Source of the DNA: Ostreococcus lucimarinus
Taxonomy: Eukaryota
Assembly: GCA_000092065.1 (NCBI GenBank)
Contig: CP000586.1
DNA length: 64,000 bases
Strand: one strand, 5' to 3'
Part shown: in pieces, positions 30,038-39,391 of the stretch
Layout of the letters: the number at the start of each line of letters is the position of its first letter
Numbering within the stretch: the stretch's first letter is position 1
Program-made: the position numbers and the translations under genes
The notes under the pieces: model-generated
Databases searched by the model: none
Told to the model about the DNA's origin: nothing
The model's input: only the letters and a program-made list of their open reading frames with translations

Positions 30038-31031
30038 ATGAAATCAGAAAGTCAACCGATGTCGGCGCCGCACTTCGAGGCGCACATGACGTTCGAGCTC
30101 ACGCCCCGCGCGCTCAAACGCGCGTGCTTAGATCAAAACGGGTGCGTCAAACGAATGCGCGGCTGCGACCCTTCGAAATTCGCGCACGCGAGCCGCGCGA
30201 ATGCCACCGCTGAACGCTCTCGTTTGACTCGCGCGCAGATATTCCACTCCAGAGCTCAACGAGGTGCTCTACCTTCATCACAGAGGCATCGTCGAGCTGC
30301 GGCACTTCGAGCCGTATTCAAATTTACGGTGCTTGCACCTCGAGTGCAACGCCATATCTTCGCTCGACGGTTTGCGAGCTTTGACCGAGCTCTCGCAGCT
30401 GTGCGTCGACGGCAACGCGTTGCGCGACTTGCGCGGCGTCGAACGCTTGACAAAACTTCGGCATCTCAACGCGAACGATAACGTGATCGAGACCTTGGAA
30501 CACGCGCGCGGCCACGGGGCGTTAGAAACGCTGTGCGTGCGCGGGAACCGTCTTCGAGACGTGGGCAAGGCGTTGGAGCCGCTGCGAGCGTGCGCGGCGC
30601 TGCGATCGCTCGACGTCTCTCGCAACGACATCGACATCGACGCGGCCACGGACGACGACGCCCGCCGAGGCTTGCTCGAGGCGTTATCACACGTCTCAAA
30701 CGTCGAACTGCTGTATTTCGCCGACGGTAACCCCGCGTCGCGCTCGACCGAGGCCTATCGCGCCGTCGTCGTCGAAGCCCTCCCTCGCCTCCGCTGGCTC
30801 GACGACGCGCCCGTCGACGCCACCTCCCGCCGACTCGCCGCCGCTCGCCTCCTCGACGGCGTTCGAGGCGAAATCCAAGCCCAACGAGACGTCGCCGTCG
30901 AGCGTCGTCGCCGCGCCGACGCCGAGCACGCCGCCTTCCCCGTCGCGTGCGCCGCCGTCGCGCGCGCCCGCCGCGCGCGTCCCGTCGCCGACGTCGACGC
31001 CCTCGACGCCCTCGACGCCCATCTCGCGTGA
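30038..31031 (+). CDS. Dynein axonemal assembly factor 1 (DNAAF1/LRRC50/ODA7)-like leucine-rich-repeat protein. Two exons: 30038..30141 and 30239..31031
   Basis: Spliced product …RACLDQNGYSTPELNEVLYLHHRGIVELRHFEPYSNLRCLHLECNAISSLDGL… aligns with human DNAAF1 …[46 protein letters not shown]…, as I recall it. LRRs continue (LSQLCVDGNALRDL, LRHLNANDNVIETL, LETLCVRGNRLRDV, LRSLDVSRNDIDID) with an LRR-cap-like LLYFADGNPASR. Confidence 0.7.
30142..30238 (+). other. Spliceosomal intron (97 nt) of DNAAF1-like gene: donor GTGCGT, branch-like CTGAAC/TTGACTC, acceptor GCGCGCAG
   Basis: Exon 1 is in the frame of track ORF 30038..30481 and exon 2 in the frame of 30264..31031. Only the 30141^30239 junction (phase 2) recreates the conserved YxTPxLNxxLYLH block. 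Confidence 0.7.
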
Positions 31032-31119
31032 CCGCGCGCGCCGCCTCATTTTTCCTCGCGCGTCCCTCGCGCGTCGCGCCCCACCGCCGTCGCGCGTTCC
31101 TCCAATCGTCGAAATCATC

Positions 31120-31154
31120 AAATCTCAAATCTCAAATCTCAAATCTCAAATCTC
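31120..31154. repeat. Microsatellite (AAATCTC)x5 in the DNAAF1–PROPPIN intergenic spacer
   Basis: Direct reading: aaatctcaaatctcaaatctcaaatctcaaatctc. Confidence 0.9.
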
Positions 31155-31211
31155 AAATCCAAAAGTCGTTACGCATCCGCGTCCGAGCCGTCGTTCGCAC
31201 TCACCGCCGCG

Positions 31212-32675
31212 ATGCCCGCCGTCGCCGTCAACGCCGCGTCGCACAACCAGGACTTCACGTACGTCGCCCTGGCGACGTCTCGCGGGTACGTCATCCACAG
31301 CACGCTCGACGGCCAGCGGTACCACGGCGACGACGCGCTCGGCGGTTTAAAACTCGTCGAGATGCTCTTCACGTCGTCGCTGTTGTGCGTCGTCGGCGAC
31401 GGCGACAGCGCGCGCATGAGCCCGAGACGGGTGAAAATACTCGACGCGCGATGCCGACGCGTGCTGGGGGAGATCGCGTGCGCGAGCACGGTGCTGGCGG
31501 TGCGATTGAACCGAGCGAGGGTGATCGCGCGAGAGCGAACGCGGTGCACGATATACGAATTGGGGACGCTGGCGAGACAACAGACGATCGATACGGTGGC
31601 GTGCGAACGAGGATTGGTGGCGCTGAGCGCGGATGCGGAGAGCTCGGTGCTGGCGTTCGCGGGAAGCGCGAGCGAGGGGAAGGTGGTGGTGCACGATGCG
31701 TTGAATTTGTGCGAGATTTGCGAGGTGCGAGCGCACCGAACGCCGCTGGCGGCGTTGGCGTTGAACGCGGATGGGACGATGTTGGCCACGGCGAGCGTGA
31801 AAGGAACGGTGATTCGAGTGACGGCGCTGCCGAGTGGGACGAAGATGTGGAGTTTTCGACGAGGGGCGACGAGTTCGGTGATACAGAGTTTGAATTTTGG
31901 GGCGACGGCGTTTCAACCGCCGCTGTTGTGCGTTTCGAGCGATAAAGGAACGGCGCACGTGTTCGCGATTGAGGGCGAACCGAAGGAGTGCGAATCGTTC
32001 GAGGATCGCGTCGGAGAGACCATCGATGGTGCGCGCGAGACGTCTAACGGGGAAAGTGCGGACGATGTCGCGCCAACAGTGCTCTCGACGGCGGCGACGA
32101 CGGTTTCGAACGCGCTCGCGAAGTCGCGCGCGGGCGTCTTTGGCAAGCTTGCCAACGCCGCTGGGGCCACTGTGCGAGGCATATCGAGCCGTGTGAAACC
32201 TGTTAAAATGTTTGCCGCCGCGCGAAACGCCATGGAACCATCTCGCGCGATCGCGACGGTGAAACTTCCGCACACTTCTTCCACGAAGTGGTCGCTGTGC
32301 GCGCTGCAACCGACGCCGGGCACCGCGGCGGATAAGTGGGCGCCACCCTCGCTCGATTCTTCCCAGCCCGCGCGTCAGCTCGAGGCGCAAGTCTCAGTCG
32401 TGACATCAGACGCTGTTTTTTACGATTACAACGTCCGTCTGACCTCAGATCGCGCTGGATTCTTCTCTCGCGGCGAGGAAGCCGTCGCGCGACTCGAGCG
32501 CGAGTGCAAACTCATCGACGAGACGGACTCGTTCGGCACTTCATCCACCGTCGGTGATTTACCGTCCAACGGACGGTGGATCGAAAGCGCCATCGCCGCC
32601 GGTTCAAATCCCGAGTCGGCGCAGGAGTTGCGCACGAACGTCAGCGAGTCCATGTCGCAGTCCATGTTCGGCTGA
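31212..32675 (+). CDS. PROPPIN (WD40 beta-propeller, WIPI/Hsv2/Atg18-family paralog) with FRRG phosphoinositide-binding motif
   Basis: MLATASVKGTVIRVTALPSGTKMWSFRRGATSSVIQSLNF carries the (L/F)RRG motif in the usual blade context. Multiple WD-like blades upstream. Serine-rich C-terminal extension. Confidence 0.75.
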   Translation: MPAVAVNAASHNQDFTYVALATSRGYVIHSTLDGQRYHGDDALGGLKLVEMLFTSSLLCVVGDGDSARMSPRRVKILDARCRRVLGEIACASTVLAVRLNRARVIARERTRCTIYELGTLARQQTIDTVACERGLVALSADAESSVLAFAGSASEGKVVVHDALNLCEICEVRAHRTPLAALALNADGTMLATASVKGTVIRVTALPSGTKMWSFRRGATSSVIQSLNFGATAFQPPLLCVSSDKGTAHVFAIEGEPKECESFEDRVGETIDGARETSNGESADDVAPTVLSTAATTVSNALAKSRAGVFGKLANAAGATVRGISSRVKPVKMFAAARNAMEPSRAIATVKLPHTSSTKWSLCALQPTPGTAADKWAPPSLDSSQPARQLEAQVSVVTSDAVFYDYNVRLTSDRAGFFSRGEEAVARLERECKLIDETDSFGTSSTVGDLPSNGRWIESAIAAGSNPESAQELRTNVSESMSQSMFG

Positions 32676-32899
32676 GCGCGAGCCGACGCCGACGCCGACG
32701 AACATTCTTTCCTTTCCCATCATCACTTTTACCGACGACGACGACCAACGACGACGATCGCGCATCATTCATTTCATTTCACGCCCCGTCGGCACTCCGC
32801 GCGTCGATCGCTCGCTCGACCGACGCTTTGTAAAACGCAGCCTCGCCGTCGCCGCGTCCGCACAGTCTCGCTCGCCATGCCTCCCGCACGCCGACGAAC

Positions 32900-33625
32900 A
32901 TGATCCCCGACCACTACGCCGTCCTCGGCGTCTCTCCCACGGCGACGTCGTCGGAGATCAAGCGCGCGTACCTCAGGCTCGCCAAGGAGCACCACCCCGA
33001 CGTCGCGTCGTCGGGACGTTCGGACGACCAAACCTTTGCCTTGATATCCCACGCGTACGACGTGCTGAAGAACCCAGCGTCGAGGCGCGCGTACGATGGG
33101 TCGAGAGGCGACGTCGCGTCGTCGTCGTCCGCGCGCGCGAGCGGCGCGGGCGGCGCGGAGGCGTGGCGCGCGCAGTGGAGGTCGAACGCGAACTGGCGAC
33201 GACGACCGGGCGGCGACGGCGCGGGCGGGACAAAGTCGAATTCGTACGCGTTCGACGACGACGAGGACTGGGATGGGAACACGTCGTATACCGCGGCTGA
33301 GGTCGAGCGAAGGAACGCGAGCGAGCGGACGCGGGCGCGGGAGAAGGCGGACGCGGCGAGGTGGTGGAAGCACGAACGGTTGAGCGCCGAGCGGCGACGA
33401 CGACAGTTTCGAGAAGCGGACGCGGCGAAAACAGCGAGGCGTAGCGAACGCACGCTGCATAAAGTTTCAAGTTTATGGCACGCGCGCGCGAGGGTGGTTT
33501 GGCAGGATGTCGCCGTGCTCGCCGTCGGCGCGGCGGTGTGTCTGTACGCTGGGTTCAGATACGCCGGCGCCGGTGCGCGGAATGGTGGCGAACGCGAACG
33601 CGAACGCGGCGACGATCGTTCGTGA
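32900..33625 (+). CDS. DnaJ (J-domain, HPD present) protein with C-terminal transmembrane anchor
   Basis: J domain with HPD: HYAVLGVSPTATSSEIKRAYLRLAKEHHPDV … AYDVLKNPASRRAYD. Charged middle region. Hydrophobic tail VAVLAVGAAVCLYAGF. Confidence 0.7.
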   Translation: MIPDHYAVLGVSPTATSSEIKRAYLRLAKEHHPDVASSGRSDDQTFALISHAYDVLKNPASRRAYDGSRGDVASSSSARASGAGGAEAWRAQWRSNANWRRRPGGDGAGGTKSNSYAFDDDEDWDGNTSYTAAEVERRNASERTRAREKADAARWWKHERLSAERRRRQFREADAAKTARRSERTLHKVSSLWHARARVVWQDVAVLAVGAAVCLYAGFRYAGAGARNGGERERERGDDRS

Positions 33626-34278
33626 TCCTAGTCGCGAATCTTAGAATATTTCATTTCAATCGTAGCATAGCGTTCATAGAGCACCGCTCGCTCAACCGCA
33701 ATGAAATTTCTCGCGCGAAAATGTTGAAAATCGATAGCTTGCATATACATATACCCGAGTGTCCGATAAACACGTTGCGGTGTCGCGAGAAAAAGCGCAC
33801 TTCGTAAAGTGCCGCATTGCGTCGCGAACGCGCCCGCGCGTCGACGTCTCGCCCCGCGCGAGCGCACGCGCGCGCGCGAACGATCGAGCGAAACACTCCC
33901 GTCCGTCTTTCGCCCATCGCGCGCATCGCGCGTCGTCGCGCGCGTCGTCGCGCGCGATGTTTCACCACGCCGCGACCGGCGCGTTCGCGCCGCGGCGAAT
34001 GCCGACGCCGCGCGACGACGCGCGCGGGAACGCGAGCGCGCGCGCGTCGAACGACGCGATGCAACGCATTTCGTGCGACGCGCGCGTGGGATCGGAGGGC
34101 ATCGTCAGGCGACCGACGCCGAGACTCGGCGGGAAAGGTGCGACGAGGGACAATCCGACGTGGACGCGCGGCGAGGGTTTCCTGGACGCGAACGCGAACG
34201 CGAACGCGAACGCGGACTGACGACGCGCGAGCGAGCGATGACGCAGGACCGAGCGCGCTGGAACGAGAGTTGAAGGCG

Positions 34279-35181
34279 ATGCAACGAGGAGGGAGCGAAC
34301 GGGACGGCGGGGACGCGTCGGGGCGAGAGGCGGAGCGAGCGTTTCACAGCGTGCACGATTTGGTGCACTACGCGATTTTGTCGCAACCGAACGCGTTGGC
34401 GAGCCTGCGGATGATTTATTCGATTTGTCAGCGCGCGGGGAGGATCGCGAGCAAGCATGGTGCGGGATCGAGGTTGATCACGGCGAATGAACACTGGAAA
34501 TCGCAGATTAGACACGCGTTGTATACGTCGCCGAGGTTTAAGAGAATCGGGAGCGACGATTGGGGCGTCGCCGCGGGGCACTCGGCGATGCCGGATACGA
34601 CGACGGTCTACGTGAGTAAGGATGAACGGAAGAACGCAGAAAAGACGCATGCGGTGAGTCGCGCTTCGACGGTTTCATCGTATTCGCATAAGTCGCTCTC
34701 GTCGCCGAAAAAGCGACGCTTGTCGACGAGCGCGTCTGTGAAGCCGGCGTCCAAGGCCGATGAATATAGATCATCCACTGAGCCGGAGACGGTTTCCATG
34801 CTCGCGCTCGAGGGCGAGAAAGCGTTAAAACTACTTCATTCGGCGAGTGGGCACTCAGGAAGCGCGCAAAGCGCGTTGTCGATGGAAGACGCCGTTGGCG
34901 CCGGATCGAGAACGGGCCGAACGATGACGAAGAGTCCGAGCCCAAGACAGCGTTCGCACTCACGCTCGCGCTCGCGCTCGTGCTCGCCCGAGCCACGTGA
35001 AAGCTCCACGCTCGTGGTCGTGGCAGGGCTATTAGAGCACGAGGGCAAGGTTCTGCCACGCGATTTTCGTCGAAACAGACGTAAACCTTTCGGTGGAGGG
35101 CATCACGCCGCCATGCCCGCGGACAGCGAGTGCCGCGTGGACCAGTCGCCCTGCCCCGTGACCGGGCTAGATTCGTACTAG
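34279..35181 (+). CDS. Forkhead-like winged-helix domain protein with Ser/Arg-rich C-terminal region (start uncertain; possible upstream exon)
   Basis: Encodes HSVHDLVHYAILSQPNALASLRMIYSICQRAGRIASKHGAGSRLITANEHWKSQIRHALYTSPRFKRIG. This parallels forkhead helices H1–H3 (…[36 protein letters not shown]…WQNSIRHNLSLNDCFVKV). Start placed at MQRGG (ATG at 34279). The upstream part of the track ORF (33817..34278) is Arg-rich and shadow-like. Confidence 0.5.
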   Translation: MQRGGSERDGGDASGREAERAFHSVHDLVHYAILSQPNALASLRMIYSICQRAGRIASKHGAGSRLITANEHWKSQIRHALYTSPRFKRIGSDDWGVAAGHSAMPDTTTVYVSKDERKNAEKTHAVSRASTVSSYSHKSLSSPKKRRLSTSASVKPASKADEYRSSTEPETVSMLALEGEKALKLLHSASGHSGSAQSALSMEDAVGAGSRTGRTMTKSPSPRQRSHSRSRSRSCSPEPRESSTLVVVAGLLEHEGKVLPRDFRRNRRKPFGGGHHAAMPADSECRVDQSPCPVTGLDSY

Positions 35182-35361
35182 CCAACCATTTTTTGCTTGA
35201 TTTTGATTGTTTTGGTCTGCATCCTCGCGATGTCGAATGACATTTTGTACCATTTTTGTAGCCTACTTTTGCGGAGGGAAGAGCTGACCGTAAAAAAGAA
35301 TTCTTTTGCAATGAAGAAATTTTTTCATTAAACGACTCGTTGCCGTTGTCCTACGTTTCTA

Positions 35362-36324
35362 TCACGCGCACGCCCCGAGCGATGCGCCTTGTACTGCCGC
35401 CTGAAGAAGTTCTTTGGGCGTCATCTTATCGCTCGATCCCGTTTCACGCCAACTCGCCTGCTTCGATCTCCACTCGCGCGCGAGCTTGGCGAGACGCAAA
35501 AATCGTTCCTCCTCGCTATCTTCAATCGCTTTAATCGTCGAGTAGTGCACGCCGGTGTGCGCTTCTTCATCGGGCGATACTTCCGGTGCCTCCATGCGCG
35601 CCTTGATGTTCCTCTTACGATGCAAACCCTCCAATTGCGCGCTCAAAGCGTCGTGCGCCGAGTTCGTGCTACTCCTACTCGCCCGCCCTTTCCCAAACGA
35701 CGTCTTCGCGTTCGAATCCATCGCCGCGATCTCCTCCGCGCTCGGTATCCTCTGCGCCGCGATCGGCTTAATCACCCGTTTACCGCGCTTCTTCGCCGCC
35801 CCCAGATCCCCAGCCTTCATCCGATTCAACTGCGCCGCCACCTCGCCGCGTCGCTCCTCCTCCGTCTTTCGCCTCGACGTCGCCTCCTCCCGCCCATCCC
35901 CATACCGCGCCTTCCACCGCCAATCGTGCTCCGCCCACTCCACGTCGCCCTCCCCTAGCACCGCCGCCGCGCTCGGCGACCCCTCGCGCTCGAGCAAAGC
36001 CACCCGGAGCGTTCGATACGCGCTCTGCGCGCGCTTAAACGCCTCCCCGCTCGCGTCGCCCGCGATGTCCGGGTGCGTTCGCATCGCGCTCGCTCGAAAC
36101 GCCCGTTTCAGTTTCCGTTCATCCTGCGCGTCGCCCATCGATATCTCTAATTCCGCGCACGCCTTCTCCACCGCGTCTCGCGTGCGTATCTCGCACGTCG
36201 TCGTCGTCGTCGTCGTCGCGCGTCCACCCCGCCTCGCCGTTCGTCGCGCGTTCCCGCGTTCCCTCGCGCTCGCGCGCGGGAATTCGCGCGCGTTCGACAC
36301 CGCGCGCGCGAAGCTCAGGCGCAT
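35362..36324 (-). CDS. J-domain (HPD) co-chaperone with basic, coiled-coil C-terminal region
   Basis: J domain DERKLKRAFRASAMRTHPDIAGDASGEAFKRAQSAYRTL. Start placed at MRLSFARAVSN (ATG at 36324). The upstream part of the track ORF (36325..37287) is antisense to HOP. Head-to-head with HOP (243 bp spacer). Confidence 0.65.
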   Translation of the reverse strand: MRLSFARAVSNAREFPRASARERGNARRTARRGGRATTTTTTTCEIRTRDAVEKACAELEISMGDAQDERKLKRAFRASAMRTHPDIAGDASGEAFKRAQSAYRTLRVALLEREGSPSAAAVLGEGDVEWAEHDWRWKARYGDGREEATSRRKTEEERRGEVAAQLNRMKAGDLGAAKKRGKRVIKPIAAQRIPSAEEIAAMDSNAKTSFGKGRASRSSTNSAHDALSAQLEGLHRKRNIKARMEAPEVSPDEEAHTGVHYSTIKAIEDSEEERFLRLAKLAREWRSKQASWRETGSSDKMTPKELLQAAVQGASLGACA

Positions 36325-36567
36325 CGTCGCCCGTCGCCGCGCGTCGCCGCGCGCGAGGCCGTCGCGGCGTCGTCCGCGGCGCCCCGACGCGGCGTCCGAG
36401 GGGGGCGCGAGGGGCGCGCAGTCGGTCCGTGTGTTAAAGTGCCTCCGTGGTCTCCCATAAACGCCCGCGCACTGTTTGCCGAGCGCGGCGGCGGCGGTCG
36501 GTCGTGGAACGCGATGGAAGCCATCGGACGTCGCGATCGCACACGGCGACGCGCGCGCGATCGCGCC

Positions 36568-38265
36568 ATGACGACGGCGAACGAGCTCAAGGATGTCGGC
36601 AACGGGCATTTCAAAAACGGCGCGTACGACGACGCCGTCGCGGCGTTCACGCGCGCGATCGAGCTCGACGCGACGAATCACGTGCTGCACAGCAATCGAA
36701 GCGCGGCGCACGCGGGCGCGGAGCGATGGAGCGACGCGCTGCGAGACGCGGAGCGCACGATCGAGCTGAAATCTGATTGGGGGAAGGGATACGGACGAAA
36801 GGGCGCGGCGCTGTTCGGCGCGGGCGATCTGGAGGGGGCGCGAGAGGCGTACGCGGCGGGGCTGGCGCTGGAGCCGGAAAACGCGATGCTGCGGAGCGGA
36901 TTGGAGGACGTGGAGTTCGCGATGAAGCGAAAGGGAGAGAGCGACGCGGGGATGAATCAAATCGGAGACATGTTCCGCGCGCCGGATCTCATGGCGAAGT
37001 TGGCGATGAATCCGGCGACGCGGGAATACGTGAGTCAACCGGATTTCTTGGCGATGATGGAGGAGGTGAAAAGAAACCCGTCGGCGCTTAATAATCACCT
37101 GAGAGATCCGAGAATGATGAACGTGTTGAGCGTGGCGATGGGCGTGAAGGTGATGAGCGGCGACGACGCGGCGAAGGAGTTCGGGGAGCACGAGGCAGAT
37201 TCGAAAAAGACGGAACCCGCGCCGAAGGCGCCGGTCGAGGAACCGGCGAAAGCGCCCGAACCCGAGGTCTCCGAGACTCGTAAGCAAGCGTTGGAGGCCA
37301 AGGAGGCGGGCAACGCTGCGTATAAGAAGCGTGATTTTGACACCGCTATCGCGAATTACGACAAGGCGATAGAGTTAGATCCCGAGGACGTATCGTTTCT
37401 GAACAATCGCGCGGCGGCCAACTTGGAGAAGGGCGATTTGGACGCGTGCATCGCCGATTGCGAATCCGCCATCGAGAAAGGACGATCGATTCGTGCCGAC
37501 TACACCATCATCGCCAAGGCGATGACTCGCAAGGGGAACGCGCTCGTGAAGCAGGGCAAGCTTGAGGCGGCGATTGACACGTACCAGCGCTCGCTCACCG
37601 AGCACCGCACCGCGGATACTCTCAAGCGATTGAATGACACGGAAAAGGCGCTCAAAGACGCCGCGACCGCGGCGTATTTGGATCCAGTGAAGGGAGAGGA
37701 AGCGCGCGAGCGTGGTAACGCCTTTTTCAAGGATCAAAAGTTCCCCGAGGCGGTGAAGGAGTACAGCGAAGCCATCGCTCGGAACCCGAACGATCACAAG
37801 GCGTACTCCAATCGCTCCGCCTCGTACACCAAGCTCGCCGCGTTCAACGAAGCGTTGAAAGATGCGGAGAAGTGCATCGAACTCGAGCCCACCTTCGCGA
37901 AGGGTTACACGCGCAAAGGGCACGTGCAGTTTTTCACCAAGAGCTACGACGACGCCGTGGAGACGTACACCGAAGGCTTGAAGCACGACCCGAACAACGA
38001 AGAACTCAAGGATGGTTTGCGACGGTGCCACGAGCAAATCAACCGCGGCGCGATGGGACAGCTCAGCGAAGAAGAGATGAAGGCTCGTCAAGAACGCGCG
38101 ATGGCGAACCCGGAGATTCAAGGCATCCTGAGCGACCCCGTGATGCGCCAAGTCTTACAAGACATGTCCACCGATCCCAAGGCGGCGGCCGAGCACCAGA
38201 AAAACCCCATAATCATGGCCAAGGTGCAAAAGCTCATCAACGCCGGCATCGTGCAGGTTCGATAG
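36568..38265 (+). CDS. Hsp70/Hsp90-organizing protein (HOP/STI1): TPR1–DP1–TPR2A–TPR2B–DP2
   Basis: MTTANELKDVGNGHFKNGAYDDAVAAFTRAIELD (TPR1). Further TPR blocks include KEAGNAAYKKRDFDTAIANYDKAIELD. STI1/DP domain MANPEIQGILSDPVMRQVLQDMSTDPKAAAEHQKNPIIMAKVQKLINAGIV at the C-terminus. Confidence 0.9.
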   Translation: MTTANELKDVGNGHFKNGAYDDAVAAFTRAIELDATNHVLHSNRSAAHAGAERWSDALRDAERTIELKSDWGKGYGRKGAALFGAGDLEGAREAYAAGLALEPENAMLRSGLEDVEFAMKRKGESDAGMNQIGDMFRAPDLMAKLAMNPATREYVSQPDFLAMMEEVKRNPSALNNHLRDPRMMNVLSVAMGVKVMSGDDAAKEFGEHEADSKKTEPAPKAPVEEPAKAPEPEVSETRKQALEAKEAGNAAYKKRDFDTAIANYDKAIELDPEDVSFLNNRAAANLEKGDLDACIADCESAIEKGRSIRADYTIIAKAMTRKGNALVKQGKLEAAIDTYQRSLTEHRTADTLKRLNDTEKALKDAATAAYLDPVKGEEARERGNAFFKDQKFPEAVKEYSEAIARNPNDHKAYSNRSASYTKLAAFNEALKDAEKCIELEPTFAKGYTRKGHVQFFTKSYDDAVETYTEGLKHDPNNEELKDGLRRCHEQINRGAMGQLSEEEMKARQERAMANPEIQGILSDPVMRQVLQDMSTDPKAAAEHQKNPIIMAKVQKLINAGIVQVR

Positions 38266-38342
38266 CGCGCTAAATTGAATACATCATCATCACAAACATT
38301 TTTTACTCGCGTCGCGTCGTCGCTCGTCGTCGCGCGCCCGTC

Positions 38343-39110
38343 TCAATCCTCCACGCTCGCCGTCCCGCGCTGCGCCGCCCATCGATCGTACGTCCGCTGC
38401 GCCGCGTCATCGATCCCTCCTCCCACGATATCGATCGACCTTCCGATCGTCATCGTCGCCGCTTTCGAGAACCCCGGAATCGCTCTCAGCAACCGCGGCA
38501 CCTCCGCCGCGATCTTCACCCGCACCTCCGTCTCCACGACCGTCTCCGTCGCGCTCGACCGCGATTCATCGATCCCCACTCGCGCGTCGATGTGCGCCCA
38601 CACCCCCATCGTCGCGAATCCCGGCGGCAGCTTCGCTTTATCGCCCGCGAATCGCAACTCGTCGCCCACCAACCGCGCTCGCCCGTCCACCCGTCCCGCG
38701 CCGTCCGCCGCGATCGCCTCGATCGCGAACGCCGGCGCGATCTCCCACGCCAGCAGCGCTCTCGGCGCGACCGCGACGTCGTACGCGCGTCCGCCCCGCG
38801 GTCCTCGGTGCTCGCGCTCGCGCGCGTCCGCCGCGCCGAAGACGAGCTCGACAAAGTTCGCGGGCTCGGCGAGCCACGCGCGCACGCTCGCGTCGCGCCC
38901 GCAACCGGCGTCGCGCACCGCGAGCGCGATGACGCGCTCGACCGCGAAGGCGTCGTAGCCGGGCGGCGGCGCCGGCGGCGGCGCGTCGACGTCGATGACG
39001 TCGCGCGAGGACGACGCGCGGCGGCGCGACGGCGCGCGCGCGACGCGGCGCGGGACGGACGCGGACGCGCGCGGCGCGCGAGCGACGCGGGGCGTCGCGC
39101 GGACGCGCAT
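38343..39110 (-). CDS. SRPBCC/START-like (polyketide cyclase/COQ10-like) protein with organellar presequence
   Basis: Start MRVRATPRVARAPRASASVPRRVARAPSRRRASSSRD (presequence-like). The domain is non-repetitive, with mixed hydrophobic and charged residues (…AYDVAVAPRALLAWEIAPAFAIEAIAADGAGRVDGRARLVGDELRFAG…MGVWAHIDARVGIDE…TETVVETEVRVKIAAEVPRLLRAIPGFSKAATMTIGRS). The upstream part of the track ORF is antisense to GRWD1. Confidence 0.55.
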   Translation of the reverse strand: MRVRATPRVARAPRASASVPRRVARAPSRRRASSSRDVIDVDAPPPAPPPGYDAFAVERVIALAVRDAGCGRDASVRAWLAEPANFVELVFGAADAREREHRGPRGGRAYDVAVAPRALLAWEIAPAFAIEAIAADGAGRVDGRARLVGDELRFAGDKAKLPPGFATMGVWAHIDARVGIDESRSSATETVVETEVRVKIAAEVPRLLRAIPGFSKAATMTIGRSIDIVGGGIDDAAQRTYDRWAAQRGTASVED

Positions 39111-39267
39111 CGCGCGCGCGGCGAGCGCGCGGCGAGCGCGCGGCGCAGTGCGCGAGGCGAGCGCGCGCCGCCGCCATTTCGCGACGCGACGCGAATCGTC
39201 GAACGTCGCGCGAGCGCTCGATCGCGCGCGAAAGCGAGCGAGAGAAGGACGCGCGGGAGCGACGCAC

Positions 39268-39360
39268 ATGCCGCGATTGCCCGAGCGCGCGCGCGCGCGC
39301 GAGGGCGAGGACGAGGACGAGGAGGACGAGTACAAGGCGGTCGGCGAGGGCGAAGAGGAA

Positions 39361-39391
<31 letters not shown>

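Noticed and set aside
35389-36650. Plus-strand ORFs 35389..35958 and 35555..36460, and minus ORF 36315..36650
   Set aside because: Antisense or frame-shifted shadows of the J-domain protein gene (minus) and the HOP 5' region. Translations are Pro/Arg/Leu low complexity.
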